This document shows, piece by piece, positions 11,479-25,905 of a stretch of 64,000 nucleotides of DNA. How positions within the stretch are numbered: position 1 is the first letter of the stretch; each line of letters starts with the position of its first letter. The notes beneath the pieces are model-generated. The model saw only the letters and a program-made list of their open reading frames with translations. It was not told the DNA's origin and did no database searches. Source of the stretch: Auanema rhodensis. Its lineage: Eukaryota > Animalia > Nematoda. The translations under genes and the position numbers were made by a program. The stretch is taken from contig OZ059897.1 in the NCBI GenBank assembly GCA_964057225.1, positions 9,052,001-9,116,000 on the forward strand. Reading direction: 5' to 3'.

Positions 11479-13796
11479 TTAGGGCTTAACATCTAAATCC
11501 TTCAACATCTTTTGAACCTGAAAAAACAAAAAATTTCTTGGAATCTAGAGATTTGTTAGTATACCTCGTTCAACTTCTGAATATGTCGAATAAAGTGCTC
11601 TCCAACTCTTCTAGCAACCTTAGTATCAGCTATGCAGATCATTCCCTAAAACACATTTGCTTGTTATAAGCAATAATAATTTAGACTAACCCTATCGACG
11701 TAGAAGTCAATTTCAGTGTTGGGTTCATCATCTTCAGTAGCAGCGGCCAGGGGAACTTTACCTAACTCGTTTACAATCATCTGAAATATAAATATATATA
11801 TTATTCGCTATAGGCTCTTTCTTTAGTTTACTTTGTAGGCTAATAATTTGCCTAAGAAAGAATCATATTCAGAATCATCTACGTCCATGAAAGAGGCCAA
11901 TTTTTTGGCTGGTAAAGAAGTATATAACTTCAAATATCCTCTAAGAATGGGCAAAGCCATTTGAGATTGAATGCCTTCTAAGAAAGCTTGAGATTGGCGA
12001 AGAAGAGGTTCCTAAAAAACTCGAATAATTAATGTGGTTCGGATCTTATAGAGTACCTTTGAGAGATTAGTTCCCTCGTAAACAACAGTGGTTGGGCTCA
12101 AAAATTTAGGACAACTGAAAATCAGGTATATAAAGGAAGAAAGACATTAACGATTATACCCCATTTGGAAAATTTGCTTGAACTCATCAACATCTCCATT
12201 AGCCATACGACTCATACGATCGCCACTTCTTAAATAATCAATTATCAGTCGCGAAGTATTTTAGACACTTACTTCTCAGCAAGTTGAGAAGCAATAGATT
12301 CATCAATTCTCTGTGGTTGAACAGACAAACAGATAGCCAAAAGATGGAAAAGTTGATCCCAAGTCTTTCCAATCTAGGATAAAAAATGAAAAGCCTTATG
12401 GAAAAGCAATAAACTTACAACATCATATTGGAAGTTTTGCTTCTTGACTTGTTGAGTTTGAAGTGACTTAGTTCTTTGAATGAAAAGAAGGCAGTTAACA
12501 AACATCTTGGTAGCCTCGGCATAATTACGCATCATCATATGAGAGAATCCAATAAAGTAATGAAGAGTGACATAGCATGATGGCACTGTGTTGTACAAAG
12601 CCTAAAAAAATCATATGTGATATTTACCAAAAAATCTTAAGCACCTTAGGATCAAGTTCAACATGCTCTACGGTTTTCAAGGCTTGATGATAATCACCCA
12701 AAAGTACGTGAGTACGGAGAAGTCCAATTAAGGAGAAATATCCGAGCTTGAAGTACAATGCAGATTGACCAAATTGATCACAAACAGAGTCAGCATCACC
12801 TAATACATAAGAAGTTAAAATGAAAAATATTTAGTACTTACCTCCCTCCTTGATGATTTTCAATTGCTCAACAATTTGAGATTTGGAAAGAAGGGAATAA
12901 AGAATGTTCAAAACTGGATAAATATTCCATGCCTTAAAAAGAAAAATTAGGTTTCGAAAAGTTAAACGGAACAAACGTTTTGATTCTCCTCAATGTTCAT
13001 CAACTCGTCAATTTCATCGACAGAACGCTTGGTTGGGTTAGCCTTGTAGAGACAGAAGGATTGGAACTTAAGAAAAACAATTAAGTAAGTTCAAGATAAG
13101 TATTTACCTGATAAACAAATTCATCAATGATATCCCAAAGCCATACATTTGGGAGCGAAAGGGGAACAGGTTCTTTGCTCGACAACAACTCGGAGAATAA
13201 ATCCTTCAGAAATTAATATTAAAAAAAATAAAAAATTAAGAACCTGATAGTTCATGAAGGATTCATAACGATGAGTGAGAGATGGTCCACGTTGAGTGCG
13301 AGCATACAAGTGACGGTAATAAAGTTCCTTGTAAAGAATGATGAAAATTCTGTTGTCTAGAACTTCAAAATGCACAAAATTTTCGAAATAAAAGTTAAAC
13401 CTGTTCCAGTAATGTTCTCAACGGTGTGCTCATCAGGCCACATACGTTCCCGGAAGAATCTGAAGTACGACTGAAAAGCTACTCAAAGCAGAATTTTTAC
13501 CTTTCAGTGAGGTCAGGGAAAGCTTGCTCATAAAGGGTGTGGATTTCAGCAACATTTTCTTCTTCTACCATTTTGCTGAAGTATAACAAATAATCAACAA
13601 CTTCAGCTGGGAGTCCATCGTCATCAGCTAAAATAAGCAACAAATAAAAAAATTAATTTTGTTACAGAGAAAGAAAAGGAGAACGAACGTAATGCAGACT
13701 TAGTAACTCACTGTTAGCTCTTCGGCGTTCACGTTCATAAGCTAAATCCTTCTCTGGATCTCCAGTATGGGGCTCGTACTCAACACGACGGGACAT
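11479..13796 (-). CDS. eif-3.L: Eukaryotic translation initiation factor 3 subunit L
   Basis: About 16 exons, MSRRVEYEPH... to ...VQKMLKDLDVKP*. Motifs FIILYKELYYRHLYAR, LPNVWLWDIIDEFVYQFQSFC, LGYFSLIGLLRTHVLLGDYHQALK, CPKFLSP, RGYLKLYTSL and IDFYVD..MICIADTKVARRVGEHFIRHI match EIF3L. TTTAAG acceptor just before the ATG. Confidence 0.95.
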
Positions 13797-14104
13797 TTTA
13801 CCTTAAATTTCGGAATATTCTATTACATTTAAATCACTTAAAAAATTAAAATCAACTGAATAATCGCAACTATTACATAATATGTGAAAAGAGACGTTTC
13901 ATTAGAAGTGTAAATCTCTCCTTGAAATGCGTATGCTTTTGGCCACAGTAAACCACTTTATGATAAAAATAAAATGTTATCCTTCAAATTGAGTTGAACA
14001 TCAAAAATGAACCCTTTATTGATTTTCTTTGCTTGATATTCTATAACATATGCTTTCTTGATATTCTATGACACATATTTTAAATATTTTTCTTCAATCC
14101 AGAA
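13797..14104. promoter_or_regulatory. Probable bidirectional promoter between eif-3.L and the USP gene
   Basis: Divergent ATGs only 308 bp apart, each preceded by an unpaired 3' splice acceptor (likely trans-splice sites). Confidence 0.6.
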
Positions 14105-17100
14105 ATGGCAGAAATTGAAGAAATTATGGATGGTCATACAATTTCTCCTGATGATCCTGGCACATTAATCAGAAACAATGATAAAGCTGTGGAGTTTTCT
14201 GAGGTTATTGTCATTTTAAAAACACCTTTTTAATTGAAAACTATTAGAAACCTGCCATTGAATTAACCGAGAAAGAAGACAGAATTCTAAGAATTGTTGA
14301 AATGATTGTAGGTTCTTCTTATCAGACAGCAACTATAGTTCGGTACCTAAAGGTTCGTTCACACAGCGTAGAAAGAACTCATTAAATTTTATTTTAAGAA
14401 AGTTACAAATTTAAATCGTTCTGATGATTTGATTGTTAGTGATGTAGTCAATTTATTGTTCGATTCTAATGCATCTGAAGATGATAAAAAACGATCCATA
14501 ACTCCCCACCCTGTATGTTGTTTTTTAATAATTAATTTTTTGATATTTTTAAATAATCAGGTACATGCAGTTCACGATCTTGGAACTCAAACAAAAGATG
14601 ATTCTGCATTAGCAATAATGGGTCCCCATAACAAAAGTATTTCCGATAAAGAACAAAGTGAATTACAGAAGTAATAAAATTCTTATAATCTTTTTATAAC
14701 TTTTAACTAATTTCAGAGCCATTGAAGAATCTTTGATCAGTTCAAGCGCTGAAAAAACTTTGATAACATCATATTTAGCTGCACTTCCAGAAAATCCTGA
14801 AGATATGGAAAGATTGAATAGCTTTCCCGTAAGTTATATGTTTATTATTTTATTTTTTTTTCATTAATTGTAGTGTGGAATTCATAATATTGGGCAGTCT
14901 TGCTGGTTCAGTGTTGTGGCTCAATTACTCTTTAGTATTCGTAAATATAGGAATCTTTTGTACGAACTAGCACCTATTCCAAATGATAATGACCCCGAGA
15001 CTAATGTATGTGGCATTTTAAATTTATTTCTCAATTTCATTTATTTAGAATTCGTTAGAAGTAAAATTTTTATTAGCTATTCGACTTCTGTTCGCATCTA
15101 TGGATAAAAGTAATAAGAAGTTTTTGAACCCTTATCAGACATTAGAAGTTGTAAATGAAATAAGTAAAAAGAAAGATGGAAGGGATGTTTTAAATTGTCA
15201 ACAGGTTCGACTATCTTTTTTTTTTGAGAGCATTCTTTTTCAAGGATGCTATGGAGATGCTACTTCGTTTAATAGATTGGATTGAAAGTGGTGCTTTTAA
15301 AATTCAAAAACAGAGAAATCTTAATACCACCATGGACATAGTTTGTCATGTCTATGTATTATTTGTTAAAATTACTTTTTTTCAGATTACTGAGAGAGAT
15401 GAAGAAAGTATGGAGGTTGAAATTTCAGCTTGCTCCCCAGCTTTATCTTCCAAGAACAACATGTCAGTTGATGATGTCTCTAAGAATGATGATATTATGG
15501 AAGCATCTTTCTCAGCTGCTCAGGATGAAGATGTTGTATTCAAAGTTCCAACTATTGAATCTAGAGTTCAACGTACTGTTTTAATTTTCCACATCTTTAT
15601 AATGTTTGACATTTACAGCTTTAACATTACCCGATGATCATCCTATCAAAAATATTTTCTTAGAAAAATATGTCCAGCGACAACGCTCAGGTTCACTTAT
15701 ATTATTATTTATTATTATTATTTTGTTTATTTTAAAGAAAATGGCTATAACATCGTAGGAAAAGATGTGTCAGTTTTACATCTTCTGAATATCCGTTATG
15801 ATAATCTACATGATGCATTTGAGGATGGTTGTTTCCAAAGTTCAATTGAGGTATAATATTTGAAAAAGCAATGATTTCTTTAATTCTTGGTTTAGACTTG
15901 GATTGAATCGGCACCTAAAGTTATGATTTTCTCTCTGAACCGGTTTCATTACGATAAAGTAGGAGGTTCAACGAAAGTTCACAAACCATTCAAGTTCCCG
16001 GAAAACTTCTTTATAGATAGATATCTCTTGAGGTACAAAATCTAAAAATTGAATTTTCTTTTAAAATTTTCTGATGTATTTTCATTTAGTAATGCTGATG
16101 AAATCAAAATTATCCGAGAAGAATTAGAAGGATTGAGATATTCTCTAGCTGTAGTGCGTTCCGAGATTGAAGGGTAATCACTACTCTTTATTCAATTCTG
16201 GCAATTATTCTTTCAATTTCAGATTAGAGAAATTTCCTCTTAATGCTGATGGAGAAACATGCAAGCTTGCTACCGTACTGAATACAACTTTGTCTTTCCT
16301 TTCCGGCAATGCTGAAGTCCCTACATGTAAAAACGTTCAGGAGCCTGATCAACCCATTCCCCAACTTGCTAAAAGTTTGTCTTTGAAATTTTGATTATAT
16401 ATGATTTCTTGTAGAACTGCCACAACCAGCTGAAGTTTCTAATCTTGAACAAACTCTTGCTAATTTACGTAAAATACATGACGATATTCTTGCAAAGGAA
16501 ATTGGTATTTGACTCCTTTCCTTCAGTCTTTAGTAATTATTGATTTCTTAGATTTAAATAAAAGAGCTGAAGATCTACATAACCAAACCCAGTCTATTTT
16601 CAATAAGCCAGAACTTATGAAACATGGTTATCAACTCCATGCTATTGTTATTCATGAAGGAGAAGCTAATATGGGCCACTACTGGATATATGTCAGAGGT
16701 TTGAATTACTGTAAAATTGTTCAAAAATTTCAAATTTAGGCGAGAATGGATTATGGCAGAAAATGAACGATCGTAATGTTGAAGTTGCAACTTGGGCTCA
16801 AATAGAGAAAGATGCTTTCGGAATTGAACTACCAAACACATCAGCATATGGTTTAGTTTACTTGGCAGAAGGAAGTGAATTGCAATCAGGTATATGCGAT
16901 CCATTTGAAAAGAAAAACATTTCAAATTATTTAAGAAATATCGGAATTACCTGCTGATTTGGCCGCCATAGTTGAGCAAGATAATACTGAGTTAGAAAAT
17001 GATATCAAACGGTATAAGATGAATCGCCCAGCTATGATGCCTAATTCTCCTCATATTAACATGGATTTTGAAGGGGTAAATTATATATTTTCAATATATT

Positions 17101-18924
17101 TCTCATTATTTTACTTTCTTAAGAACATCAATGATTCTTCCTCTTTATATCTTCCTTTATCTTCAAATCTTATGAACTTATATACAAGCGATGAACGAGA
17201 TACTCTCAACAAAAAGGTTTCTTAAGCTTCTCTGTGTTCTGATTTACATTACTAATAATTTAGGTTGATCAACTACGTTTCTTCTTGAGTAAAGTATATA
17301 ATCAAGATTTCTCTTTTGAATCTGCCACCAGAAACTCTGTTGATGCCTTATATACAACATCGGGGACTTGTATGATAAATGCGTAAGATGTGCAGAATTT
17401 GAACTTTTTAATACATTATTTTACAGGCTGCTTCCTGCCTTAGTTGATGTTCCACAAGAGATGAAGAATATTATAATTTCGGAGATGTCACCAGAAAAAT
17501 GCCAAAGGATATATGAAAATGTATTTGATTCAAATTTGAAGTTTACATATTTCTCTACTTTCAGTACATAACTGAATGGTTTAATCAACAAAATAATCTT
17601 GCTACTCGGGATAGTCGAGCTAATGTACTTAACTTCTGGAAAGCGACTGGAGCTGGAATGCATGGGAAAGTTCATCGATATATTTTAGTGCTTTCTTTGG
17701 CACGTTCAGGATTACCGTAAGTATTTCAATGAGAAAGACATATTCATTGCTGTGTTCAGAGAATTTTCGTCAATTGCTCAGAGGGAAATTCGAGATTTTG
17801 AGCAAGATCGACTCCACAATGATGTCACATTAACTGCACAGGTTTGATAAGTTATTGGTTGTTAAATTATAATTTTGAAAATTAAAGCTTCACATGTGCT
17901 TATACGAGATTGTGCGCGTTATGTGGGCATGTGCTCTCGAATGTTTAAAATTCTTGTCTAATCCAGATAAGCCGAATGTAGAATGGTATGATTCATGCGA
18001 TTCTTAGAATCATATTTATGACGTTTTTTTCAGTTATAATGATTTTGTTAGTGAATGGTGCAAAAATTTGAAAGATGCTGTCTTTGTATATCATATGTAT
18101 AATTTTGCTTTAAAGGAATTGAAGGATGTTGTGGTAAATAGGCTTAGTTTCATCCCAACTTAGTATCTGATGTTTCAGAAAGTTGATCAATGGAAATGGG
18201 AATGTGAATATATGTTACCGCCTTTATATACAATCAAAGGCCTAGTATTAATACCGTTTCTGGTTTGTTGATTCGTTCCAATTATTTGTTATCTTTTTGT
18301 TTTTTTTAGAATATTTTCACATTCCTTGTTTATACAATTTCACAACGAGGCGTTCAAAATTCAGAACTTCAGAATCTTATTGAACCCCAATGCTGCTTAA
18401 TTAACTCCGCCATATTAGTAATTAAAAATTTAGCTTCAACTGAGAGTAAGAATAATATTGACAAGAATTTCCCTTGTACACAAGTAAGTTTATATAATTT
18501 CAAGTTTTAAGTTTCTTGTTCATGTTTCCAGGTACTTAAAAGGATGACTGATATTTTAGATAATTTATTACGTTGCAATCCTGGCACAGAATACCGTACT
18601 CACGTAGTTATAGTTTGTTATTTTTTGTTTATAATAATAAACTGTATTTTTACTAGGATTTAAAAAGAATAATAGCTGCAGCTTTAATTGAAGATAGTGT
18701 CCCTGAGCTACATATGCGAGTAAATTGGTCAAATATAATGGAGGATATAGGAGCGGTAAGCTCTCTTTCATCATATTATGGCAGCAACAAAAAAAATTTA
18801 GGTTAACGAGCATTCTATCAAAGCGGAAATAAATTCAGAAGAAAACGCTATGGTTCGGTACAAAACTATGCTAGACACAACGGAGTCAATCACAGGACAT
18901 GCTTTTGAAATCGTGCCAAGTTGA
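14105..18924 (+). CDS. Ubiquitin-specific protease, USP25/USP28-like (UBA-like region, UIM, C19 peptidase with insertion, C-terminal helical region)
   Basis: More than 20 short exons from MAEIEEIMDG to AFEIVPS*. UIM EQSELQKAIEESL, Cys box CGIHNIGQSCWFS, QQDAMEML, PKVMIFSLNRF..HKPFKFP..IDRYL, His box YQLHAIVIHEGEANMGHYWIY, WQKMND and SAYGLVY. Some internal exon boundaries were not verified. Confidence 0.85.
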
Positions 18925-19408
18925 ACAAAGTTTTGAACGTTTTCAAGATTTTTGAAAATAATTCGGGTGCTTTATATAATACGTGGTATATTTCAAATTT
19001 TTTTCATAACCCTTTTCATATTTTCGTGTGTCTTTAGACCGGTAATTTGAATTAAAATAATGCTTTATCAATATTCTGTGAATATCTTTACTTCTATAGG
19101 CTTTTCTTTCTTTTTAAAATCATAACAACATTGCTGGTTAGATAATATTTTTCGGTATATTTGTACTGATTTGTAGATTAATTTAATTATACATTAGTTA
19201 TTATTTTGTATAATCCTTCGGTGTGCTGTCTCTCGGTTACGGATATGTAGTTTTAATAACAAATATTTATGCAAAACTATGTACATAACTCGTTATATTC
19301 ATAGAGTAATCATATTTCTTTCATGTATTACCAAAGATCATTTACTTAATAAAAAGAAAAAAAAACAAGAATTTGCTTCTGTATACTGCTCTTTTCTGAA
19401 TTCGTTAA

Positions 19409-21821
19409 TCAATTTAATGATTTATCTTGTGTAATCTGAATTGAATGTGTTTGCGCATATATCCCATTCATTGACCCGGATAACTAAAAAGAAGATGAAG
19501 TTTATGAAATCACTAAGTTTTTCTAAGCAGTGACTGCCAATAGTTTTTAAGCTTACCGGGTCTCCAATGTTTATTCGAGTTTGCATTCGGGGCCTCTCGT
19601 CTGATACATGTATAATATTCTTGTCATCACTGTAGAATGACTGAAAAGAAAGATAAAACATTATTTGAAACGGATTATAAAGCAATGAATCAACCTCATA
19701 ACACGGGTATGCTGTTTTATCATTTTGATTTCCATTAAATGTTTTTTTTATATTATCACTCGTTATCTAGAAAATAGTGAATTAGAATGTTTTAAATGGT
19801 GATTCAAATAGGGACATACCCAATTCATGGTTGCATTAGGTGGTGGTGCAGATTCGTTATTTTTCATTTTTGAAGTTCTAACGGGGGCTACGGGATATAC
19901 CGTGTCTTCGATAACTGGCTTAGCGGGTAGCGGAGGCTTAACTACTTCTGGAACTGCCTGCGGTTTTGCCTCTTCCGATGAAGCAGAAGATGAACATGAT
20001 GAGTATAGGGAACTGGGTCTTTGTTCATAAAGCTGAAAAAAGAATTATGATTATGATGAATATCAAAATTAAACTAACATTTCTATATGGTGGTAAACTT
20101 CTCATATTTGCTACTGTTGGAGCAACATCATATACGACATTTTGCTTTTTTTCTTTTTTATCTCTGAATAGTTCCGGAAATGAGAATTTGTCTCTCCATA
20201 AGCCACGTGGCTTAAATACATCATAAATTTCTGTAGGACCTCCATCTTGATTATTCTTATTTTTTACTGGATTATTTTCATCCATAAATCTAATAAGAAT
20301 TTATTAGTTAAACGAATGAAAATGATAGAATTTGAAAGTTACCTTCTAATTGAACTTTCTTGTTTTGCAGGATATGAACCATTCTTCTTCATTCGTTTTC
20401 GGATCGAATTTCTAATGTCTCGCATAGCCTTAAGATATATGAATATGAAGAAGCTAAATATGATATTCAACAGTTATTTCTTATTGTATGCTTTAGATGC
20501 ATCTTTTGTTGTGATGTTTAGTTGAAATAAGTAATCAAAATAACACAAGACCAGAATATTTGGCTGTTCTCAGTGAAAAGTTCATGTAATTTCAAGAAAC
20601 TTCTATGTTTTGCAATTCAATTTAGAACTATCATGTCACTCACATTGTCTGTATCAACTGAAGCTACTGAGAATATGTTGGATATTTTCCATAAATTGAC
20701 ATATTCACTTTTTTTTGCATCAACAGCTTTCTTCAAGTGTCTACTTGTCTTCAGATGGCATTTCCCAATTTCTTCTAGTTTTTTGGCCGGAAGATCTAAT
20801 CTGAAAAGTACTTTTTGTGAAAATCAAAGTTCTTTGATATAAAGAAAAGAAGAAATTAAATGAAGAGAAAGATAGGAAGAAATAGGATAGAGACGGTGTT
20901 TTGGAGGATAAATGGAACGTCCATGTTAGTTCTTTTTCAATTCATTCTCAAAATGTCGTGACCTTGTTCATTCGTTTTGTTTCAATTTTCGAAGTTTGTT
21001 AACCTGATCAGGGATATAATCACATTTATCCATCTATTTTTACTTATCAGCTGACCTTAATTATGTGTTTGAAGAAGTAAAATTTCCTATTTTTTTTAAT
21101 AAAAATTTCATTTGGAACATAATGTGTAAGTTCAAGGAATGAAGATGACATATAGAAGCAGAAATATGAAGAAGATAAGAAAAAGAAAACATGTTTGAAG
21201 TGATTTCATTAATTTTGAATTTTTTTTTGCAGAAAAAGCTAATTTGATTTCAATGACATAAGCGGATGACGAATATGGATGATGAGAACATGAATCATGT
21301 GGTTTTAGCTTAATATGTTTATCGAAAAATAATTTTTTGTTATGATTTTTCTATTGAAAATATTGAATTTCACAAGATATTTCAATGTTATTTTTGGAAT
21401 TATTCATATAATTTGAACATAAAAGTATTCGATTTAGCAAGAATTGATCTTATCTTATCAAAAAGATGAATCAAACAGCTTGAAGTTTGTATAATGATTA
21501 CTCTTAATGGTATGCATAGTGGAAAAGTGGACAGAGTAATGACACACATTTTGAAAAAAAACTTATTTTCTTACCTTGAATTATAAAAACATTCGACAAT
21601 ACTTAAGATTTCTCTAGCATATCGCTCTTCAACATTCGCTCTGAAATTCAATTATTTTCAAAATACAAATAATGAAAGTGGTATATACTGAAAGAAAAAG
21701 AATGTGAAATATGGTTTAATGAGTGTAGAAAAGTGTTGAAAATATAGCTTTTGTGGTTGATTGTCTTAAAAACTTACAGACGATGAGCGAACTCGTTTAA
21801 AGGGTAATCTTCTCTTCCCAT
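19409..21821 (-). CDS. Uncharacterised protein of roughly 330 aa with an FCH/F-BAR-like N-terminal fragment and a Pro/Ser/Tyr-rich tail
   Basis: About 10 GT-AG exons can be joined in frame: MGREDYPLNEFAHRL/ANVEERYAREILSIVECFYNS/RLDLPAKKLEEIGKCHLK.../AMRDIRNSIRKR.../FMDENNP...YDVAP.../LYEQRPSSLYSS...PPLPAKP.../.../LSGSMNGIYAQTHSIQITQDKSLN*. Splicing around 20430-20670 is uncertain. Confidence 0.6.
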
Positions 21822-24800
21822 CTGCTCTTGCTTTCAATGCCAATACTAATTGTTATCTATTGTTCGAGTGAGAACTATAATATCTGAAAGAGAAATACGA
21901 TTTCATTATATGAATGTGAAATTATAAGGATGTTTAAACAAACATATATTGAAAAAAATGATAAAAAATGCCATAAAAATGTGTGTTATTCAAGAATTTA
22001 ATAGAATTTTTTTTGTTAACAGTTGATGTGAGAAGATTTATACGAATCTGCTGTGAAGTCTTAAGTGTAGTTCAGACCCAAAAACATACCCACGGGTACT
22101 ACGATGAAAAGAAGATGAGGTGAAAGGACAGAAAGTGACTGATAAAGATGGTATCGAATGGTAGAGGTAAGACGGGAAAGACTATATTAAAAGAAGGAAT
22201 GAACATAGTGTGGGAAGGAATGAAAGATTGCCTGTAAGTGGATTGTATTCAAAGAGAGAGCGTATGAGGAATAGGAGAGAAATATAGAGAGATAAAAAGA
22301 GTGATAGGAATATAGAGGGAAAGAGACAAAGAGGAGGAGGAAATGTTGAGAAACTGACAGAGTAAAAGAAATCAAGAGGTAAATAAGGAGGAAAATGATG
22401 AAGAATTCGAGGGAGAACGAGGATGTGTATATGTGGGACGAAGAAAATGAAAGAGAGAGAGAGAGAGAGAAGGCGCAAGTAAAAAAAGATGACAAAGCTT
22501 GGAAACAGCTTTCCGTTCTGAAAAATGGTGATTAAAAACGTGTGAGAAACTGGACAAGTAAATTTGTCCTCCAACCATCTCCTCAAAGGTTTCAGACGCA
22601 CAGACAATTGCTTTATAGAATTTATCATTAAGAGGATATGATGTATAGTTCAATCAAACGATTAGACAAGTGAGTATGAAGGATTCAGAATGCTGATGTG
22701 ATATCTATTCTGTTGTGCGTCTATATGGGGCAAGTAACTGGAAAACGAAAATGGAATTCACGTCAATTCAAAGACATAATCAAATAACAGTTAGCCTTCT
22801 TCTATGTCTTCTTTAGTTTTATTCGACACTGTTCTTTTCGGATTCTTCTAAGGAAAAAAAGAACAACGACTGTGTGTGGTGGTCACCTTGTAGGACAGAC
22901 GAAGGAGACTTCGTTAAGTAGGCGTATGACATCAATGCTGATACAACATGCGTCATTAGAATCATGTTTCGAACATGATTATAAATTCAGTTATGCAAAA
23001 ATAACGTATATAATACAACAATTAATGAAAAATGAAATGAGGAAAATCAGATAATCTTGGAATTGATTCAAGGAGAAGAAGAAATAGAAGGAGAAGGAGA
23101 AGGAGAAGAAGACAAACATCAAGACAACACTCTGATATCCGATTCTCACATTTTCACTTCTTCATTAGAGCTAAAAGCATATAACTCATGTTAAACTGAT
23201 TTTCTAGCTACATTCTTTGCATCACTTTGCAAAACTCTTGAGCTATTCTCACATTTTGTTTCTAAAAAAAGACAATTTTGCGTTGTTCCAGAAAATGAAT
23301 AGTTGAGACAGACATGCTGCAAGCTTTATGTTGAATTGAAGTGTCCATTGTTTCATTTCATTGTTTGATATAAATATTTCAAATGAAGATAACCGTTTTC
23401 TCTGCAATTATCTTTTGGCTCCTTTCTTTCATTTTATCTTTTTTCTTAGCAATTGAAATTTTTTTTGCACTTCGATCGTAGTCATTGTCTTTAAACTTTG
23501 TATCTTACTTAAATTGTACATTACTGATTAAAAGGGTTTTAAAAATTTCAAAAATCAGGTGATTTTACAAGTCAAATACAGCAAAAATCATTTATTAGGT
23601 GATAAAATGGTTCTTGAATCAAATTTAAGAACCGGAAATCAGTATTTAAGCTTATACTATTACTTTTAATAGCTTGTATGTGACGATGTGTGAATGTGTA
23701 TGAAGTTCAAACTATATGTTTATAAATTTTCGTTTTATTGTTTGAATGATGAATCGTACAAAATAAAACTTAAAACCTCAAGTTTTTAAGTTTCTATTTT
23801 GATTGACAGTATATTTATAAAATATTTTTCATAAAATTATTAGATAACTATGTATGGAATGCGAAAGAAAAATTACTAAAAATAATTTGAAATAATGAAC
23901 ATAAGAAGAGAAAAATGTGATCAAAAAATCAGATTAGGTGTCACATTTTATGATTTAAGTTCACATGTATTTTATTTTTATATCAATAAATTCAAATTAT
24001 GAAAATTGAGAATTTAACTTTGATAAGATTTTTAAAAAAATTCAATTAAATAGAACCGAGGTTGTAAATAAGTGACATACCAATGTATTGTTTTACACCC
24101 TTTTTATATAAATTAAAAACAAAAAAGAAATAAGAAATATGTAAATTATATAAGAAAATGTTCTTTTTTCTTTTGAAATTTCTATAAAAAAATTATTTTT
24201 TCAGCATATTAAACATAATTTTTGAAGAAATTTCCTCGTTTTCTCTGAAAATTTCATAAACATGCTGTGATATTAACATTTTTATATTTATATTTATATA
24301 AATAATCTTCATATTAATAAATAAATAAAATAATTAATTGCTGAGGAATGTTTTTGAGTGGTTTGTAATCAAATGTTCGAAGTTTTTATCTCAAACCAAC
24401 CTTCTATCATGGGAAAAATGCTGAATAGTATGTCTGTACGAAATCTGGGAATGTACTGTTTGTGCTGGAGCATGGTTTACTTACTTACTTACTTACTTAT
24501 TCATTTATTTTGCTCATTTTATGAAATAATGAACAAAATTGATAATTTTAATCAATAAATACACGTAAAAAAGAATTTATTTTGAAAAATATATGGAGTC
24601 TAAGCATAATCTGACATTAAACAACCTTTAAAAGCGATAGTCTGCGATGATTCGCACACATACTTTCAACCTTGCCTTCAACCTGTCACCTAACTTGACC
24701 TTTTAACGTTTTGCAGCTTCATTTATAGATCTATTTAAAACTATTTTAATACATTGAGAGAGAAAATAAACTTAACCACTAAAAACATATGAAATTTTAT

Positions 24801-25905
24801 TAAAAAAATCAAAAAAAATTTATATTTTTCAGTATTGCGAAACTACACAACTAGTTCAATTCATTTTACAATGTTATCTTGTTTTGTTTACTAGTGCAAA
24901 TGATTGAATTATGTAGTATTAGTTGTTAAGATTGAACATATAAAATATAAAATATAAGATATATGATATAAGAAATCTTTAGATAGTATAAGGTCCTGAT
25001 TGTCTGATATACATATCTATGTCGAAGCTTACAGCTCACAATACTTATTTTCTCGTTTGTAATGTTAAAATAATTATGAGGTTCGAAGAGATTAAAGCTT
25101 TGGCTTGATAGAAACGTTGGCTTATATGGAAATCCAGTTTCATCTTGAATCATATGACCTCCCCACCTCACTCCCCCAAGTATGATTGTAGGTAAATGAG
25201 AAGATATTAACATGATTTTTATTAATTATAGATTATTAATTAAGAAAGGAAAATATACATAAATACCGGTGAAAAGAAACACTATTTGATTGGTTTTCAA
25301 TATGAAAATAGGTTGTACAAGAAAAAGTATTTAAAGAGAATAAAGCAAATTGAATAAGATCATAGAAATGTACGAAAGATTTTAGAAACATGATGATATA
25401 AACTTATGAGGAAGAAGGTAATCATCATCAAAAGCAATTAGAAAGAGACTTTGAAAGATACAGAAAAGTTGAAAGAGAGAGAGGGTGAGATAGAGAGAGA
25501 TAGAAAGAGAGAGAAAGAGAGAGAGAGTATTGAGATGAAGAGGTTTTTGAGATAGAAGGATACAAAGAAAAGTGAAAAATAATAACTTAAAATACTTATG
25601 TTAGAAAGAAGATGAGTAAAAATAGAAAAATACATATAATATTAAAATGATTGAATCAAAAAAAAAACTTAAAAACAAAAGGCAATAAGTTTCGATCATG
25701 CTCATCATGTTATGTTAAATTACATTTTGAAGTAACATCATACACTCACTCATCAGATTGTCATCTTAGAAAAATATGTATATACATTCATATGTATATA
25801 CATATACATATATGTATTTATAAAAATATATAGATATATGTATGTATATATATATATGAAATTATCTTTAATTTCATACAAGAAATGTTCTATTTTATGA
25901 GATTT

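Noticed and set aside
14874-14910. USP gene as a pseudo-enzyme because the Cys box reads GQSC instead of GNTC
   Set aside because: The catalytic Cys, the oxyanion Asn five residues upstream, the His (GHY) and the ND motif are all present.
22182-22653. Long hydrophobic F/L/S-rich ORFs (also near 25438, 30918, 45564, 49000, 53456, 56525, 59824)
   Set aside because: Artefacts of TC/GA-rich low-complexity DNA that lacks stop codons; no splice structure or domain.
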